The notes under the pieces were generated by a model. The model saw only the letters and a list, made by a program, of their open reading frames with translations. It made no database searches and was not told the origin of the DNA. A stretch of DNA of 64,000 nt, taken from Spirochaetia bacterium (GTDB lineage: Bacteria; Spirochaetota; Spirochaetia; SZUA-6; Bin103). Made by a program: the position numbers and the translations under genes. Positions 8,081 through 18,539 of this stretch are shown here, one piece after another. Within the stretch, counting starts at the first letter, position 1. Each line of letters opens with the position of its first letter. Where the stretch lies: NCBI GenBank assembly GCA_965208575.1, contig CBDBOV010000004.1, positions 1,184,001 to 1,248,000 on the forward strand. The letters are read 5' to 3'.

Positions 8081-9718
8081 CTAGTCCTCGACCAGCCACC
8101 GGCGCAGCGCGCGCGCCGCGTCTTGCGGTCGCCGGCGGGCCAGGTGCTCGGCGCTGCGGCGCATCTGCTCCTGGTCCGCCAGGCCACCCGGTCTCCCGGT
8201 CCCGAACACCCGCGTCGCGCTGCTCAAGCGCGCCGTGCCGCCGGCGGCGCGCGCCGCCCGGCGGCGGCGCTGCCGCCGGCGCACCACCACGACCAGGGCG
8301 AGCAGCAGCAGCGCGGCGGCCGCCGCGGCGGCCGCCGGCAACATGCTCAGCAGCCATGCCTCCCGGCGCAGCAGCACGTCTTCCTGCGCGAACTGACTGC
8401 TGCGGTCGAACTGCAGATGCTCCACCGTGACCGAGTCGCCACGCTGCCGGTCCCAGCCGATGGCGTCCTGAACCAGCAGCGTCGCCTTGCGCAACTCGTC
8501 GCCGGGAACCGGGGTGTACGTGCGCCGCACGCTGCCGTCCTGGTTCAGGGCGACGCCGCCGTCGGGCCGGAACTCGGTGCGCCACACGCCGTCGAGGGCC
8601 ACGCTCACCGTGATGCGGTTGATCGCCCAGGGGCTCTCCTCGCGCACCGTGTTGCGCCGGTTCACCACCTCGCTGCGGCTCGTCGAGCGGCGCTCGTAGT
8701 GCTCGCCGGCAGCGCCGTCGCCGCTGCTCCTGGTCTCCGTCTCCTCGTCCTCGGCGACCGTGATCGAGGGCACCCGCAGCGCTTCGTCGGCGTCGGTGAG
8801 CGGATCGTCCTCGCGCAAGGCGATCGGGAAATGCTCCTCCGTGGTGGTCGACTGCGAAGACAGGTCGAGGTCGATGTCGAGGCGGACGATCTGCACCCGG
8901 TCGGCGGAGAAGATATTGCCGAGGGCGGCGACGATTTCCCGCGTGTAGCGCTGCTCCAAGCCGTACTTGGTATCCAGTTGGCGCTCCACCAGGGTCATCC
9001 GGCTGCGTCCCGAAACGCCGCCCGGATCGTTCACCTGGACGCCGCGAGGATCGAGGATCACGATGTGCTCGGCGCTCAGGCCGGCCACCGCAAACTGTAC
9101 GAGCCGCTGGATGCCGTGCACCCGATGGTGGTCGTCGAGAATCCCGGAGCCCTGGCGGGGCGTTATCACGATGGAAGCGGTGGTAGGGAGTTGATCCTCC
9201 GCGAACAGTTCGCGTTCCGGCACTACCAGGGTGACGTGGGCGGCGGCGACGTCGTCGAGCGCCTCGAGGTGCTGTTCGAGGCTGCGCGTGAGGGCGCGCT
9301 GAAGGTTGACGCTGCGTTCGAAGTCGGTGACCGAGAATCGCCCGAGGTCGAATATCGAGAACGGGTCGGTTTGCGAGGGTACCAGGTCTTCGCGAATCAG
9401 GATGCCGCGCAACCGGCGCGCCGAGTCCTGGTCGGACACGAAGATGCGGTCACCGGCGCGGATTTCGTACTCCACGCCTTCCTGATCGAGCCGGCCGGCG
9501 ATGCGCAGCAGTTGCCCGGCGTCCTCGACGGGGGCATTGATCAGTGGCACCATCCGCACACCGGCGTTCAATGGCCCGCCCTCGCGTGATGCCCCGATCA
9601 ACCCAGCGGCGACCACCGCGACGGCGAGCGCGCCGCCGAGCGACCAACGCTGCGCCCCGGTCAATCTGCCCCAAAAGCCAAACGCCTGTTGCCGCATACG
9701 CGGCAGTACGTCGAGCAT
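8081..9718 (-). CDS. fliF: MS-ring protein FliF
   Basis: DPFSIFD...TDFERSVNLQRAL, HLEALDDV, FAEDQLPTTASIVITP, GIQRLVQFAVAGL, RITVSVALDG, AIGWDRQRGDSVTVEHLQFDR, C-terminal RRWLVED; RBS GGAGGGG before ATG 9718. Confidence 0.95.
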   Translation of the reverse strand: MLDVLPRMRQQAFGFWGRLTGAQRWSLGGALAVAVVAAGLIGASREGGPLNAGVRMVPLINAPVEDAGQLLRIAGRLDQEGVEYEIRAGDRIFVSDQDSARRLRGILIREDLVPSQTDPFSIFDLGRFSVTDFERSVNLQRALTRSLEQHLEALDDVAAAHVTLVVPERELFAEDQLPTTASIVITPRQGSGILDDHHRVHGIQRLVQFAVAGLSAEHIVILDPRGVQVNDPGGVSGRSRMTLVERQLDTKYGLEQRYTREIVAALGNIFSADRVQIVRLDIDLDLSSQSTTTEEHFPIALREDDPLTDADEALRVPSITVAEDEETETRSSGDGAAGEHYERRSTSRSEVVNRRNTVREESPWAINRITVSVALDGVWRTEFRPDGGVALNQDGSVRRTYTPVPGDELRKATLLVQDAIGWDRQRGDSVTVEHLQFDRSSQFAQEDVLLRREAWLLSMLPAAAAAAAALLLLALVVVVRRRQRRRRAARAAGGTARLSSATRVFGTGRPGGLADQEQMRRSAEHLARRRPQDAARALRRWLVED

Positions 9719-9795
9719 GTTCCCCTCCCACGGCACGGATCGACTTGCCGCCGCCGCAGGGTAGACGGCCGCGGACAAGCCCTTCCGGTACCATA

Positions 9796-9824
9796 GTTAT
9801 GCGTGAGCGGCGCGCTATTGTCAA
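9796..9824 (-). promoter_or_regulatory. Sigma70-like promoter upstream of fliF
   Basis: Minus strand TTGACA (9819-9824), 17 bp, CATAAC (9796-9801); -35 is perfect, -10 is weak. Confidence 0.55.
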
Positions 9825-9859
9825 CCGCGGCCGGCACGAAAAAACGCTTTTTCGTAGCG

Positions 9860-11284
9860 CTAAAGGATGAACCGCGTCAGGTCGCGATCTTCTATTATCT
9901 TGACCAACCGTTCGTCCACGTAGCCGGTCGTAATGGTAACGGTCTGGCCCTTCAGATCGGGCGCGTTGAAGGACAGATCCTCGAGCAGATGCTCCATGAT
10001 GGTGTGCAGGCGGCGCGCACCGATGTTCTCGGTGCTGCGGTTCACTTCCGCGGCCAGTTCCGACAACCGGTCGACCGCGTCATCGGTGAATACCAGGGTC
10101 ACGTCCTCGGTGGCGAGCAGCGCCTCGTACTGGGTAATCAACGCGTTGCGCGGCTGTGTGAGAATGCGTTTGAAGTCGTCGCGACCGAGATCGTCGAGCT
10201 CGACACGAATCGGAAAGCGGCCCTGCAGTTCGGGGATCAGGTCGGATGGTTTGCTCATGTGAAACGCGCCGGCGGCAATGAACAGGACGTGCGCGGTGTC
10301 GACCACTCCCCACTTGGTGGTTACCGTACTTCCTTCGACGATCGGCAGTATGTCACGCTGTACCCCTTCACGGGAAACGTCGGCGCCGCCGCGGGTGTCC
10401 TTGGCCGCCACCTTGTCGATTTCGTCGAGGAAGATTATTCCCATCTGCTCGACGCGTTCGATCGCCAGCTCCGACACACGCTCCTTGTCGACCAGCCGGT
10501 CGATCTCCTCGGCCATCAGGATCGCGCGCGCGCGGCGGATCGGCACCTTCTTCTTTTTCTTGCGGCCACCAAACAAATTGCCAAGACTGCCGAGATTGAT
10601 GTCCATCTCCTCGAAGCTCTGACCGGAGAAGATTTCGATTGCCGGTCCGCTGCTGTCGGCGACGCTCACCTCGACCAGCTTGTCCTCCAGCTCGCCCGCC
10701 CGAAGACGCTCGCGAAACCTGTTTACCGTGCCGTTTTCCGGCGCCGCGGGAGACGCGGTGGGCGGCGGCGGCGGCGGCGCAAACCCGGCCGGCGTTGCGG
10801 CCGGCGTTGCGGCCGGTGCTGCGGCCGTCTGCGGCTTCCTGGGCTGGCCCGGCGACAGACCGGGCAGCAGCAACTCGATGAGCTGCTGTTCGACGCGATT
10901 CTCGGCCTCTTCCTGAATGCCTTCCTGCAACTCGGTCTTGACCATCGACACCGCCACCGAGGCGAGATCGCGCACCATCGACTCGACGTCGCGGCCGACA
11001 TACCCGACCTCGGTGTACTTGGTGGCCTCCACCTTGACGAACGGCGCTCGGCACAGCTTCGCCAGGCGGCGCGCAATCTCGGTTTTGCCGACACCCGTGG
11101 GACCGATCAGGATGATGTTCTTCGGCGTAACCTCATCGCGCAACTCGTCCGGCAACTTGCGCCGGCGCAGGCGATTGCGGAGCGCAATCGCAACCGCTTT
11201 CTTGGCTTGTTGCTGGCCCACGATGTAGCGGTCGAGCTCGCTCACGATCTCGGTCGGGCTGAGCTTGTCCAGGTCGATGCTCAT
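9860..11284 (-). CDS. hslU: ATP-dependent protease ATPase subunit HslU
   Basis: [73 protein letters not shown]. Confidence 0.98.
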   Translation of the reverse strand: MSIDLDKLSPTEIVSELDRYIVGQQQAKKAVAIALRNRLRRRKLPDELRDEVTPKNIILIGPTGVGKTEIARRLAKLCRAPFVKVEATKYTEVGYVGRDVESMVRDLASVAVSMVKTELQEGIQEEAENRVEQQLIELLLPGLSPGQPRKPQTAAAPAATPAATPAGFAPPPPPPTASPAAPENGTVNRFRERLRAGELEDKLVEVSVADSSGPAIEIFSGQSFEEMDINLGSLGNLFGGRKKKKKVPIRRARAILMAEEIDRLVDKERVSELAIERVEQMGIIFLDEIDKVAAKDTRGGADVSREGVQRDILPIVEGSTVTTKWGVVDTAHVLFIAAGAFHMSKPSDLIPELQGRFPIRVELDDLGRDDFKRILTQPRNALITQYEALLATEDVTLVFTDDAVDRLSELAAEVNRSTENIGARRLHTIMEHLLEDLSFNAPDLKGQTVTITTGYVDERLVKIIEDRDLTRFIL

Positions 11285-11808
11285 GACAGCTCCTCGACGG
11301 TGATTTCTCGGTTGGTGTACACGCAAATGTCGGCCGCGATCTGCAACGAACGGACCGCGATGTCGCGTGGGCCGTGGTCGGAGCTGTCCAGGAAGGCGCG
11401 CGCGGCGGCCAGGGCGTAGTTACCCCCGGAACCGATGGCGATGGCGCCGTGATCGGGCTCCAGCACATCGCCGTTGCCGGAGATGAGCAGGGTCTTGCCG
11501 GCATCGGCCGCCAGCAGCAGCGCCTCCAGGCGACGCAGCAGGCGGTCCGATCGCCACTCCCGCGCCAGCTCCACCGACGCCCGCGTCAGGTCGCCGCCAA
11601 ATTCCTTCACCTTGCCTTCGAACCGGTCGAACAGCGTGAACGCATCCGCCGTGCCACCCGCGAACCCGACCAGGATAGCACCGTCGGCGATCGCGCGCAC
11701 CTTGCGCGCGCCGCCCTTGACGATGGTCGCGTCCATGGTCACCTGACCGTCGCCGGCCATCGCCACCCGCGTGCCGCGGCGCACGGCGACGATCGTCGTA
11801 CCGTGCAT
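11281..11808 (-). CDS. hslV: ATP-dependent protease peptidase subunit HslV
   Basis: HGTTIVAV (N-terminal Thr), [31 protein letters not shown]. Confidence 0.97.
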   Translation of the reverse strand: MHGTTIVAVRRGTRVAMAGDGQVTMDATIVKGGARKVRAIADGAILVGFAGGTADAFTLFDRFEGKVKEFGGDLTRASVELAREWRSDRLLRRLEALLLAADAGKTLLISGNGDVLEPDHGAIAIGSGGNYALAAARAFLDSSDHGPRDIAVRSLQIAADICVYTNREITVEELS

Positions 11809-11855
11809 TGCCGTTCCAAGCATTGAATTGCCGTACATGGAAGTACCTGCTCCCC

Positions 11856-13043
11856 TCATTGGTCTTCTGCCCGGCCCGATTGCGCAGCGCTCGCCCGGCC
11901 GGGCTTGCCCGTGTTGCGATTCTTGCCGTCGTCCGCGCCGTGGCGGGGCGGCGGCGACTCCGATTCCGCGACCGCGCGCGGATGCGCGCCGCGGTGCACC
12001 TCCCGCAGACGCGCCAGACTGGTGTGGGTATAGACCTGCGTGGTAGAGATGCTTGCGTGCCCGAGCAGCTCCTGCACGACACGCACGTTGGCCCCGGCGT
12101 CCAGCAGGTGGGTCGCGAACGAGTGGCGCAGGCTGTGCGGGGTCACGCGCTTGTCGATTCCGGCTGCCGCCGTGGCGGCGCTGACGATGCGGCGCGCGGC
12201 GCGGTCGCCAAGGCGCCCGCCGCGGCGACCCAGAAACAGTGCGTGGCGAGCCACCGGCGCGGGTGCCGAAGGCGGCTTGCTCCAGGCGCGCAACAGGGCG
12301 GCGCGCAGCGGCAGGTAGTGCTGCAGCAGCGTGCGGCACGCGGCGCCGAAGAACACGACCCGCTCCTTGTTGCCCTTGCCCAACACGCGCGCGCGGCCCG
12401 CGTCAGGCTCGACGTCCGCGACGTCGAGGCCGACCGCTTCCGACACGCGGCAGCCGCTGCCATACAGGAACTCCAGCAGAAGCACGTCGCGCAGGTTCCA
12501 GAAGTCGTCCTCTGCGCCGTCCGTGGTGTCGGTGGTGTCGGTGGTGTCGGTGGTGTCGGCGGCGCTGGCGTGCGCGCCGCCCGCGTCGATCAGTCTCTGC
12601 GCCTCGGCGGCGAACAGAAAGCCCGGCAGGCGCTTGCCGGCTTTCAGGCCGCGCTGGCCCTGCGCGGGGTTGGCGTCCGGCGCCGCCGGCGTGCCTTCCA
12701 GATAGCGATAGAAGCCGCGCACGGCCGACACCGCGCGGTTGACGCTGGCCGCGCTTTGCCCGGCGCGCGTCAAATGGCCCACGAAACCGCGAACCTGGCG
12801 CGGCGTCGCCTGTGCCGCGGGCACCCCGACGCTGGCCAGGTACCCAAGGTAGCGCGCCAGGTCGCCGCGATAGGCGCGCACGGTCTGCGCGGAGTAGCCG
12901 CGTACCACGGCAAGGTAGCTCAGGTAACGCTGCACGCCGCCGTCGGCAGGCGCGGGCGCCGCCGGCTGCGGCCGCGCCGCGGCTGCGGCGGCGTTCGGGT
13001 CGGTGGCCGCCGGCGGCTCTGTCGGTGCCCGGTAACTCTTCAT
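11856..13043 (-). CDS. xerC: Tyrosine recombinase XerC-like
   Basis: [47 protein letters not shown]; upstream of hslV. Confidence 0.88.
   Translation of the reverse strand: MKSYRAPTEPPAATDPNAAAAAARPQPAAPAPADGGVQRYLSYLAVVRGYSAQTVRAYRGDLARYLGYLASVGVPAAQATPRQVRGFVGHLTRAGQSAASVNRAVSAVRGFYRYLEGTPAAPDANPAQGQRGLKAGKRLPGFLFAAEAQRLIDAGGAHASAADTTDTTDTTDTTDGAEDDFWNLRDVLLLEFLYGSGCRVSEAVGLDVADVEPDAGRARVLGKGNKERVVFFGAACRTLLQHYLPLRAALLRAWSKPPSAPAPVARHALFLGRRGGRLGDRAARRIVSAATAAAGIDKRVTPHSLRHSFATHLLDAGANVRVVQELLGHASISTTQVYTHTSLARLREVHRGAHPRAVAESESPPPRHGADDGKNRNTGKPGRASAAQSGRAEDQ
12523..12558. repeat. 9-bp tandem repeat GTGGTGTCG x4 inside xerC (encodes DTT repeats)
   Basis: Read directly; in frame. Confidence 0.9.
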
Positions 13044-13045
13044 CC

Positions 13046-14125
13046 TCACCTTTCGGTTCCGTCGATTCCGCGATCGTCGCCGGCAGCGGCGATGCCGCCG
13101 TGCGCCGGTGCCGCCCGCCCGGCCTGCTCGGCGGCAAACATCCTTGCCAGCCACGTTCCCGCGGCACGCTGCCGGGGCGGCGGCGCCAGCGTACGCAGCC
13201 GCCCGCCGCCGCCGAGCGGATGCGGCACGCCGGCCTCGCGCAACACGTCGCCGGCATCGGTCGCCGGCAGCGCCCCCTCCTCGACCAACTGCGCACCGCC
13301 CGCGGCACGCGGCCCGTCCAGACCGTCCGCCGCCACCAGCACGTCGCGGCCCTGGTCGGCCGCGCAACGCGCCGTGATGAGAGCCCCCGACCGGGCCGGC
13401 GCCTCGACCACGACCACCGCACGGCTCAGACCCGCCACGATGCGGTTGCGCTGGGGGAAATGGTGCGCGAGCGGCGCCACTCCGGGTGGGAACTCGCTCA
13501 CCAGACAGCCGCTCCGCAGGATCCGCATTGCCACCTCCCGGCTGCTCGCGGGGTAGATCCGGTCGATGCCGCAACCGAGCACCGCGACCGTGGCGCACCC
13601 CTCACCCCGCCAGCCGGCCAGACTGCCGCGGTGGACCTCCAGGTCGATCCCGCGCGCCAGACCCGAAACCGACGTGACCCCGGCACGCGCCAAGTCGAAA
13701 CCGAACGCATACGCGGTCCATCGGCCGCGACCGGTGGGCTGCCGCGTGCCCACCACCGACACCAGCGGCGCCGGCGGCGGCGGCAGGCGGCCGCCGCGAT
13801 GAAAGAGTACTACCGGTGGATCGAAAATCTCCCGCAGGATCCGCGGGTAGCGGGGCTCCCACAGAAAAGTGCACTGCCACACCTCTCGGGTCAAGCGTTC
13901 GGCATCGGCGCGGGCGCGCTCCAGCCATGTGGACGGCGAGAGCGTCGGCTTGCGCAGCCGCCGCCCCAGCAGCGCCGCCAGCCGCTCCGCCGACAGGTCG
14001 GCGAACTCGGCCAGCCGACAGCGGCGCAGCACCGTGCAGCGCTCGATCGGCCGCAGGAAAGACATTCTCGCCAGCGCCAGCGCAAGCAGCCGGCGCGCAC
14101 CAGGTTCTCGTTCTGCCCATCTCAC
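13046..14125 (-). CDS. dprA: DNA processing protein DprA
   Basis: [60 protein letters not shown]. Confidence 0.96.
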   Translation of the reverse strand: MRWAEREPGARRLLALALARMSFLRPIERCTVLRRCRLAEFADLSAERLAALLGRRLRKPTLSPSTWLERARADAERLTREVWQCTFLWEPRYPRILREIFDPPVVLFHRGGRLPPPPAPLVSVVGTRQPTGRGRWTAYAFGFDLARAGVTSVSGLARGIDLEVHRGSLAGWRGEGCATVAVLGCGIDRIYPASSREVAMRILRSGCLVSEFPPGVAPLAHHFPQRNRIVAGLSRAVVVVEAPARSGALITARCAADQGRDVLVAADGLDGPRAAGGAQLVEEGALPATDAGDVLREAGVPHPLGGGGRLRTLAPPPRQRAAGTWLARMFAAEQAGRAAPAHGGIAAAGDDRGIDGTER

Positions 14126-14157
14126 GCCTCATATAACGGAATCGGAACCGTCGCGCT

Positions 14158-15114
14158 TCATCCGCGCGGATGGTAGCGGCGGTGCTCGGCGTGCAGTTGC
14201 TCGCGCTCGACGTGCGTATAGATCTGCGTGGTAGCAAGATCGGCGTGGCCGAGCAGTTCCTGCACCGAGCGCAGATCGGCGCCGCCGGCGAGCAGGTGGG
14301 TGGCGAACGAGTGGCGCAGCGTGTGCACCTTGGCGTCGATTCCGGCACCCACGCACACCTGCTGAAAGCGTTTCCAGATGCCCTTGCGGGACAGACGCCC
14401 GCCGCGCTGGTTGAGAAATGCCGCGTCGGTGGCGGCGCCGCGGCGCACCAGGTGCGGGCGCGCTTCGGTAAGGTAGCGGCCGAGCCACGCGACCGCCGGC
14501 TCCCCGAGCGGCACGATGCGTTCGCGCGAACCCTTGCCGAACACGCGCACGCACGCCTGGGCAAGGTACAGGCGCCCGCGGTCGAGCGCCACCACCTCCC
14601 CGACCCGCAGCCCGGCGGAGTAGATCAACTCGAACAGCGCACGGTCGCGGATGCCGGCCGGGGTGCCGGTGTCGATGGCGGCCAGGAAGCGCTCCACCTG
14701 CGCCACCGACAGCACGCGGGGGATGCGCCGTCCGGAGCGCGGCGGCGCGACCCGCGCCGCCGGGTTGTCCGCTTCTCCGGCGCCATCGGCGAGGCCGGGA
14801 GCGTGCGGACGCTCCGCGCGCAGGAACCGGTACCAGGCGCGCAACGCGCTGAGCGCCTTGGCCAGCGTGCCGCTTCCGGCGCCTTCGCCCTGGCGCACCA
14901 TCAGATAGGCGACCACCTCGCCGGCGGCGCCGTCCGGCGCCGCCGGTTCCGGCGGCGGGGCGGCGGGGCGCGCCGCCAGGTGGGCGATGTAGCGGCGTGC
15001 CTCGGCGGCGTACGCCTCCACCGTCAACTCGGCAAGCCGTTCGACCGAGCGCAGGTAGTCGGCGAACTCGCCGACCAGCGCGCCGTTGGCATCGGTTGCC
15101 GGTTGTGCCGCCAC
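14158..15114 (-). CDS. xerD: Tyrosine recombinase XerD-like
   Basis: [67 protein letters not shown] end. Confidence 0.9.
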   Translation of the reverse strand: MAAQPATDANGALVGEFADYLRSVERLAELTVEAYAAEARRYIAHLAARPAAPPPEPAAPDGAAGEVVAYLMVRQGEGAGSGTLAKALSALRAWYRFLRAERPHAPGLADGAGEADNPAARVAPPRSGRRIPRVLSVAQVERFLAAIDTGTPAGIRDRALFELIYSAGLRVGEVVALDRGRLYLAQACVRVFGKGSRERIVPLGEPAVAWLGRYLTEARPHLVRRGAATDAAFLNQRGGRLSRKGIWKRFQQVCVGAGIDAKVHTLRHSFATHLLAGGADLRSVQELLGHADLATTQIYTHVEREQLHAEHRRYHPRG

Positions 15115-15155
15115 GGACGGCTACCGCGCGCGCCGCCGCGGCTCCGTGATTCGGG

Positions 15156-16328
15156 TCAGGACGAGGCCGCCTCGCCGCCGCGGCGGTTGCGCAGCACCGT
15201 CGGCACGCTCAGGTCGTCGAGCGAGGTGGCGCGCGAACTGGCCACCGGCTCGTGCTGGCTCAGCACGTCGGCGCGCTTTCCGAGCCCTTTGTTGAGCTCG
15301 ACCCACTCGTGGTACGAGATGATCTCGGGACTGGAGTCGGAGCTGTCGGCGACCGCGGCGGCGCCCTCGCGCTGGAACCCGGTGGCGATCACCGTGACGC
15401 GGATCTCGTCGTCGAGCGTATCGTTGATACTGGTTCCGCAGATGATCATGGCATCGTCCGAAGCACTGGTGGTGATGATCTGCAGCACCTCCTCGTACTC
15501 GGTCAGCGACATGCCGTCGTCGCCGGTAACGTTGACCAGGATGCCGCGCGCACCCTCGATGCGGGCGTCTTCGAGCAGCGGGTTGTTGATGGCGTTGGTC
15601 GCCGCGTCGACGGCGCGGTTGTCGCCGCCGCCGATGCCGATGCCCATCAGCGCATCGCCCTGGCCCTGCATGATGGTGCGCACGTCGGCGAAGTCGATGT
15701 TGATGACGCCGGGCACCGTGATCAGGTCGGAGATGCCTTGCACACCCTGCCGCAGCACGTCGTCGGCGAGCATGAACGCTTCCCGCAGCGGCGTGCGCCG
15801 CTCCACGATCTTCAGCAGATGCTGGTTGGGAATCACGATCAGGGTATCCACTTCCTTGCGCAGGCTCTCGATGCCCTCATCCGCGAGGCCCATCTTGCGG
15901 CGCCCCTCGAAGTCGAACGGCTTGGTCACCACGGCGACGGTAAGTATGTCGTGCTCGCGGGCGGTGCGCGCGATCACCGGGGCCGCACCGGTGCCGGTGC
16001 CGCCGCCGAGGCCGGCCGTGATGAACACCATGTCCGCACCCTTCAGGACGTTCTCGATCGAACCCTGGTCCTCAAGCGCCGCCTTTTCGCCCATCTCCGG
16101 TATGCCGCCGGCGCCGAGACCGGCGGTGAGCTTGCTGCCGATCGGCACCTTGGTCTCCGCATGGCACAGATCGAGCGCCTGCAGGTCGGTGTTCACGGCA
16201 ACGAAGTGTACGTTGCGCAGGCCCGACTCGATCATCCTGTTGGTGGCGTTGTTGCCACCGCCCCCGACGCCGATCACCTTGATGTCGGTGATCCCCGGAG
16301 TGTGCTCGTTGTGCAGTTCAAACGTCAT
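15156..16328 (-). CDS. ftsZ: Cell division protein FtsZ
   Basis: [26 protein letters not shown] tubulin motif, INIDFADV, C-terminal DLSVPTVLR. Confidence 0.99.
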   Translation of the reverse strand: MTFELHNEHTPGITDIKVIGVGGGGNNATNRMIESGLRNVHFVAVNTDLQALDLCHAETKVPIGSKLTAGLGAGGIPEMGEKAALEDQGSIENVLKGADMVFITAGLGGGTGTGAAPVIARTAREHDILTVAVVTKPFDFEGRRKMGLADEGIESLRKEVDTLIVIPNQHLLKIVERRTPLREAFMLADDVLRQGVQGISDLITVPGVINIDFADVRTIMQGQGDALMGIGIGGGDNRAVDAATNAINNPLLEDARIEGARGILVNVTGDDGMSLTEYEEVLQIITTSASDDAMIICGTSINDTLDDEIRVTVIATGFQREGAAAVADSSDSSPEIISYHEWVELNKGLGKRADVLSQHEPVASSRATSLDDLSVPTVLRNRRGGEAASS

Positions 16329-16380
16329 GGTTCCCCTCCCGTTACGTTTGGCCTAGTCGTGTCTCGCCGGAGATTCCTGT

Positions 16381-17619
16381 TCAGAAGAATTCCCCGAACC
16401 ATTTCCTCATGCGGGCCCACACGCTGGTGAATCCCGCTTCGCTGGTATCCAGATTGAGTTGCTCGACCCCCAGGTGGGCGGCGCCATACTGCACCAGTCC
16501 CACTCCGGTGGCGAAAATGGGACTGTGGTATTCCTCCACCAGTCCTCCGAGGCGCGCCGGATAGCCGATGCGTGCCGGCAGGCCGAAGATCTCCGATGCC
16601 AGTTCCTCGGTGCCCGGCAGCAGCGACCCGCCGCCGGTCATCACCACGCCGCCGGCGAGGCGCGACAGGTAGCCGGCGCGCTCGATCTGCGTGCGTACGC
16701 TGCCGAGCATCTCCGACATGCGCGGTTGAATGATCTCGGTCAGTTCGCGGCGCGTGATGATGCGCGGTGGACGCCCGCCGACCCCCGGAATGCTGGTTTC
16801 CGCATCGGGCTCATCGAGCATCGGCAGAAAGCAGCAGCCGGCGTCGCGCTTGACCTGCTCCGCGGCCTCGTTGGGCGTGCGCAGCATGATCGACAGGTCG
16901 CTGGTCACGTGGTCGCCGCCGACCGCAAGCACCTCGGTGTGATAGGGAGACCCCTCGATGTGCACCAGCACGTCGGTGGTGCCGCCGCCGAGATCGACCA
17001 GCAGCACGCCCAGCTCCTTCTCGTCGTCGGTCAGCACGGAACGCGCGGAGGCGAGCGGTTCCAGCACAATGTCGCTGACCTTGAACCCCGAGCGATTGAC
17101 GCACCGGATGATGTTCTGCGCCGACGACACCGCGCCGGTCACGATGTGTACTTCCGCCTCCAGGCGCACGCCGGTCATGCCCAGCGGACTGCGGATGCCG
17201 GCCTGACCATCAACGATGTACTCCTGAGTGATGACATGCAGCACCTCGCGGTCCATCGGGATCACGATCGCGCCGGCCGCTTCCTTGACGCGGTCGATGT
17301 CGTCCTGGTCGATCTCGCGCTTCTTGCCGGTAACGGCCACCACGCCGCGCGAGTTGACGCTCTCGATGTGGCCGCCCGCAATGCCGGCGTAGACGTCCTG
17401 CACCTCGCGCCCGGACATCATCTCGGCCTCTTCCACCGCCGCCGCGATCGACTTGACCGTGGCGTCGATGTTGATCACCACGCCGCGCCGCAGCCCGCGC
17501 GACGGTGTGATGCCGACGCCGGTAATCTCGAGACTGCCCTGCTCACCGATCTGGCCGATGATGACGCACACCTTGGTCGTGCCGATGTCGAGGCCGACAA
17601 TCAGATCGTCAGTCGCCAT
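16381..17619 (-). CDS. ftsA: Cell division protein FtsA
   Basis: VGLDIGTTK, GVRLEAEVHIVT, EPLAS, DLGGGTTD, TGGGS, amphipathic C-terminus WFGEFF. Confidence 0.98.
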   Translation of the reverse strand: MATDDLIVGLDIGTTKVCVIIGQIGEQGSLEITGVGITPSRGLRRGVVINIDATVKSIAAAVEEAEMMSGREVQDVYAGIAGGHIESVNSRGVVAVTGKKREIDQDDIDRVKEAAGAIVIPMDREVLHVITQEYIVDGQAGIRSPLGMTGVRLEAEVHIVTGAVSSAQNIIRCVNRSGFKVSDIVLEPLASARSVLTDDEKELGVLLVDLGGGTTDVLVHIEGSPYHTEVLAVGGDHVTSDLSIMLRTPNEAAEQVKRDAGCCFLPMLDEPDAETSIPGVGGRPPRIITRRELTEIIQPRMSEMLGSVRTQIERAGYLSRLAGGVVMTGGGSLLPGTEELASEIFGLPARIGYPARLGGLVEEYHSPIFATGVGLVQYGAAHLGVEQLNLDTSEAGFTSVWARMRKWFGEFF

Positions 17620-18539
17620 CAGCCGCTCCCCTCGGCAACCGCCACCGGGGAGGCGCCGCGCAAGTCGAGCTCGGCGAACTGCGCCATGGCGCCCTCCGCG
17701 GACCGGGTGCGCACCAGGTCGAGCAGCACCAGTGCCTCCGCCAGGTGGCTCTCGTTCAACTCGGGGCCGAAGCGCAGCACGGTGTCGAAACCGATCGGAA
17801 ACAAGAGCAGGTCGAATCCGGCGGCGATCGCTTCGGCGCCGAGCGGGGCGGCGGTCGACGGCGCGCCGATCGGCACCAGCCGGATCTCGGAGATCAGGGT
17901 GGCGAGCACCGGATCCGACGCCGTCAGCGCGGACAGGTCTGCAAGCACGCCGCACACCGGTTCCGGAAGGTGTGCGCCCGGCTGCAGCAGTTCCGCGGCC
18001 AGTCCGCTCAGCGCCGGCACGTCGGCGGCGTCGTGGTGTCCCCACGGCGCGACGCCGGCCAGAAACACCAGGCCGTCCCGGTCGACCAGCGCCGCGCGCG
18101 AGGAGCCGTCCGGTTCCACCGCCAGCAGCACCGCCGCCGCCGTGCGCGCCGCAAGATCGAGGCGCAGCGTGTCCGGGAAGCGCATCGACACGGCGGCGTC
18201 GCGCACGAGCAGGTTCTGCTCCAGGCGCGCTTCAATGGCGGCCGCGTCCAGCGAGAAAAACTGTTCGTCGCCGGTAAGCCCGGCCATCGCCAGCACCTCC
18301 GCGTCGCTCAATGCCAGTTCGGTGGCCACGTTCACGGTAGTCAGGTGCAGGCGCGGCGCCAGCAGCAGGAGGAACACCGCCTCCAGGGCCAGCATCAGCA
18401 GCAGCGTGGCGATGACGAGTCTCAGCACGCGCCGCATGCGCGCGCGCCACGGGTGCAACCGGCGCGCCAGCCAGCCCCGCTGCGCACCGCTCAGCGTGCC
18501 GCTGCCCGGCAGATTGGCGCCTTGCGCAACGGTGCTCAC
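17619..18539 (-). CDS. ftsQ: Cell division protein FtsQ/DivIB
   Basis: Single TM then POTRA-like region ending FPDTLRL; ELDLRG near C-terminus; lies between ftsW and ftsA. Confidence 0.82.
   Translation of the reverse strand: MSTVAQGANLPGSGTLSGAQRGWLARRLHPWRARMRRVLRLVIATLLLMLALEAVFLLLLAPRLHLTTVNVATELALSDAEVLAMAGLTGDEQFFSLDAAAIEARLEQNLLVRDAAVSMRFPDTLRLDLAARTAAAVLLAVEPDGSSRAALVDRDGLVFLAGVAPWGHHDAADVPALSGLAAELLQPGAHLPEPVCGVLADLSALTASDPVLATLISEIRLVPIGAPSTAAPLGAEAIAAGFDLLLFPIGFDTVLRFGPELNESHLAEALVLLDLVRTRSAEGAMAQFAELDLRGASPVAVAEGSG

Noticed and set aside
130-9589. Long plus-strand ORFs (e.g. 1364-3499, 7181-9589) and similar ones such as 33228-36314
   Set aside because: Antisense shadows of real genes in high-GC DNA; Arg/Ala/Pro-rich with no motifs.
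11856-15114. Two tyrosine recombinases as an integrated element
   Set aside because: They are XerC/XerD-like genes in the conserved ftsZ-xerD-dprA-xerC-hslVU context, with no att sites or cargo.
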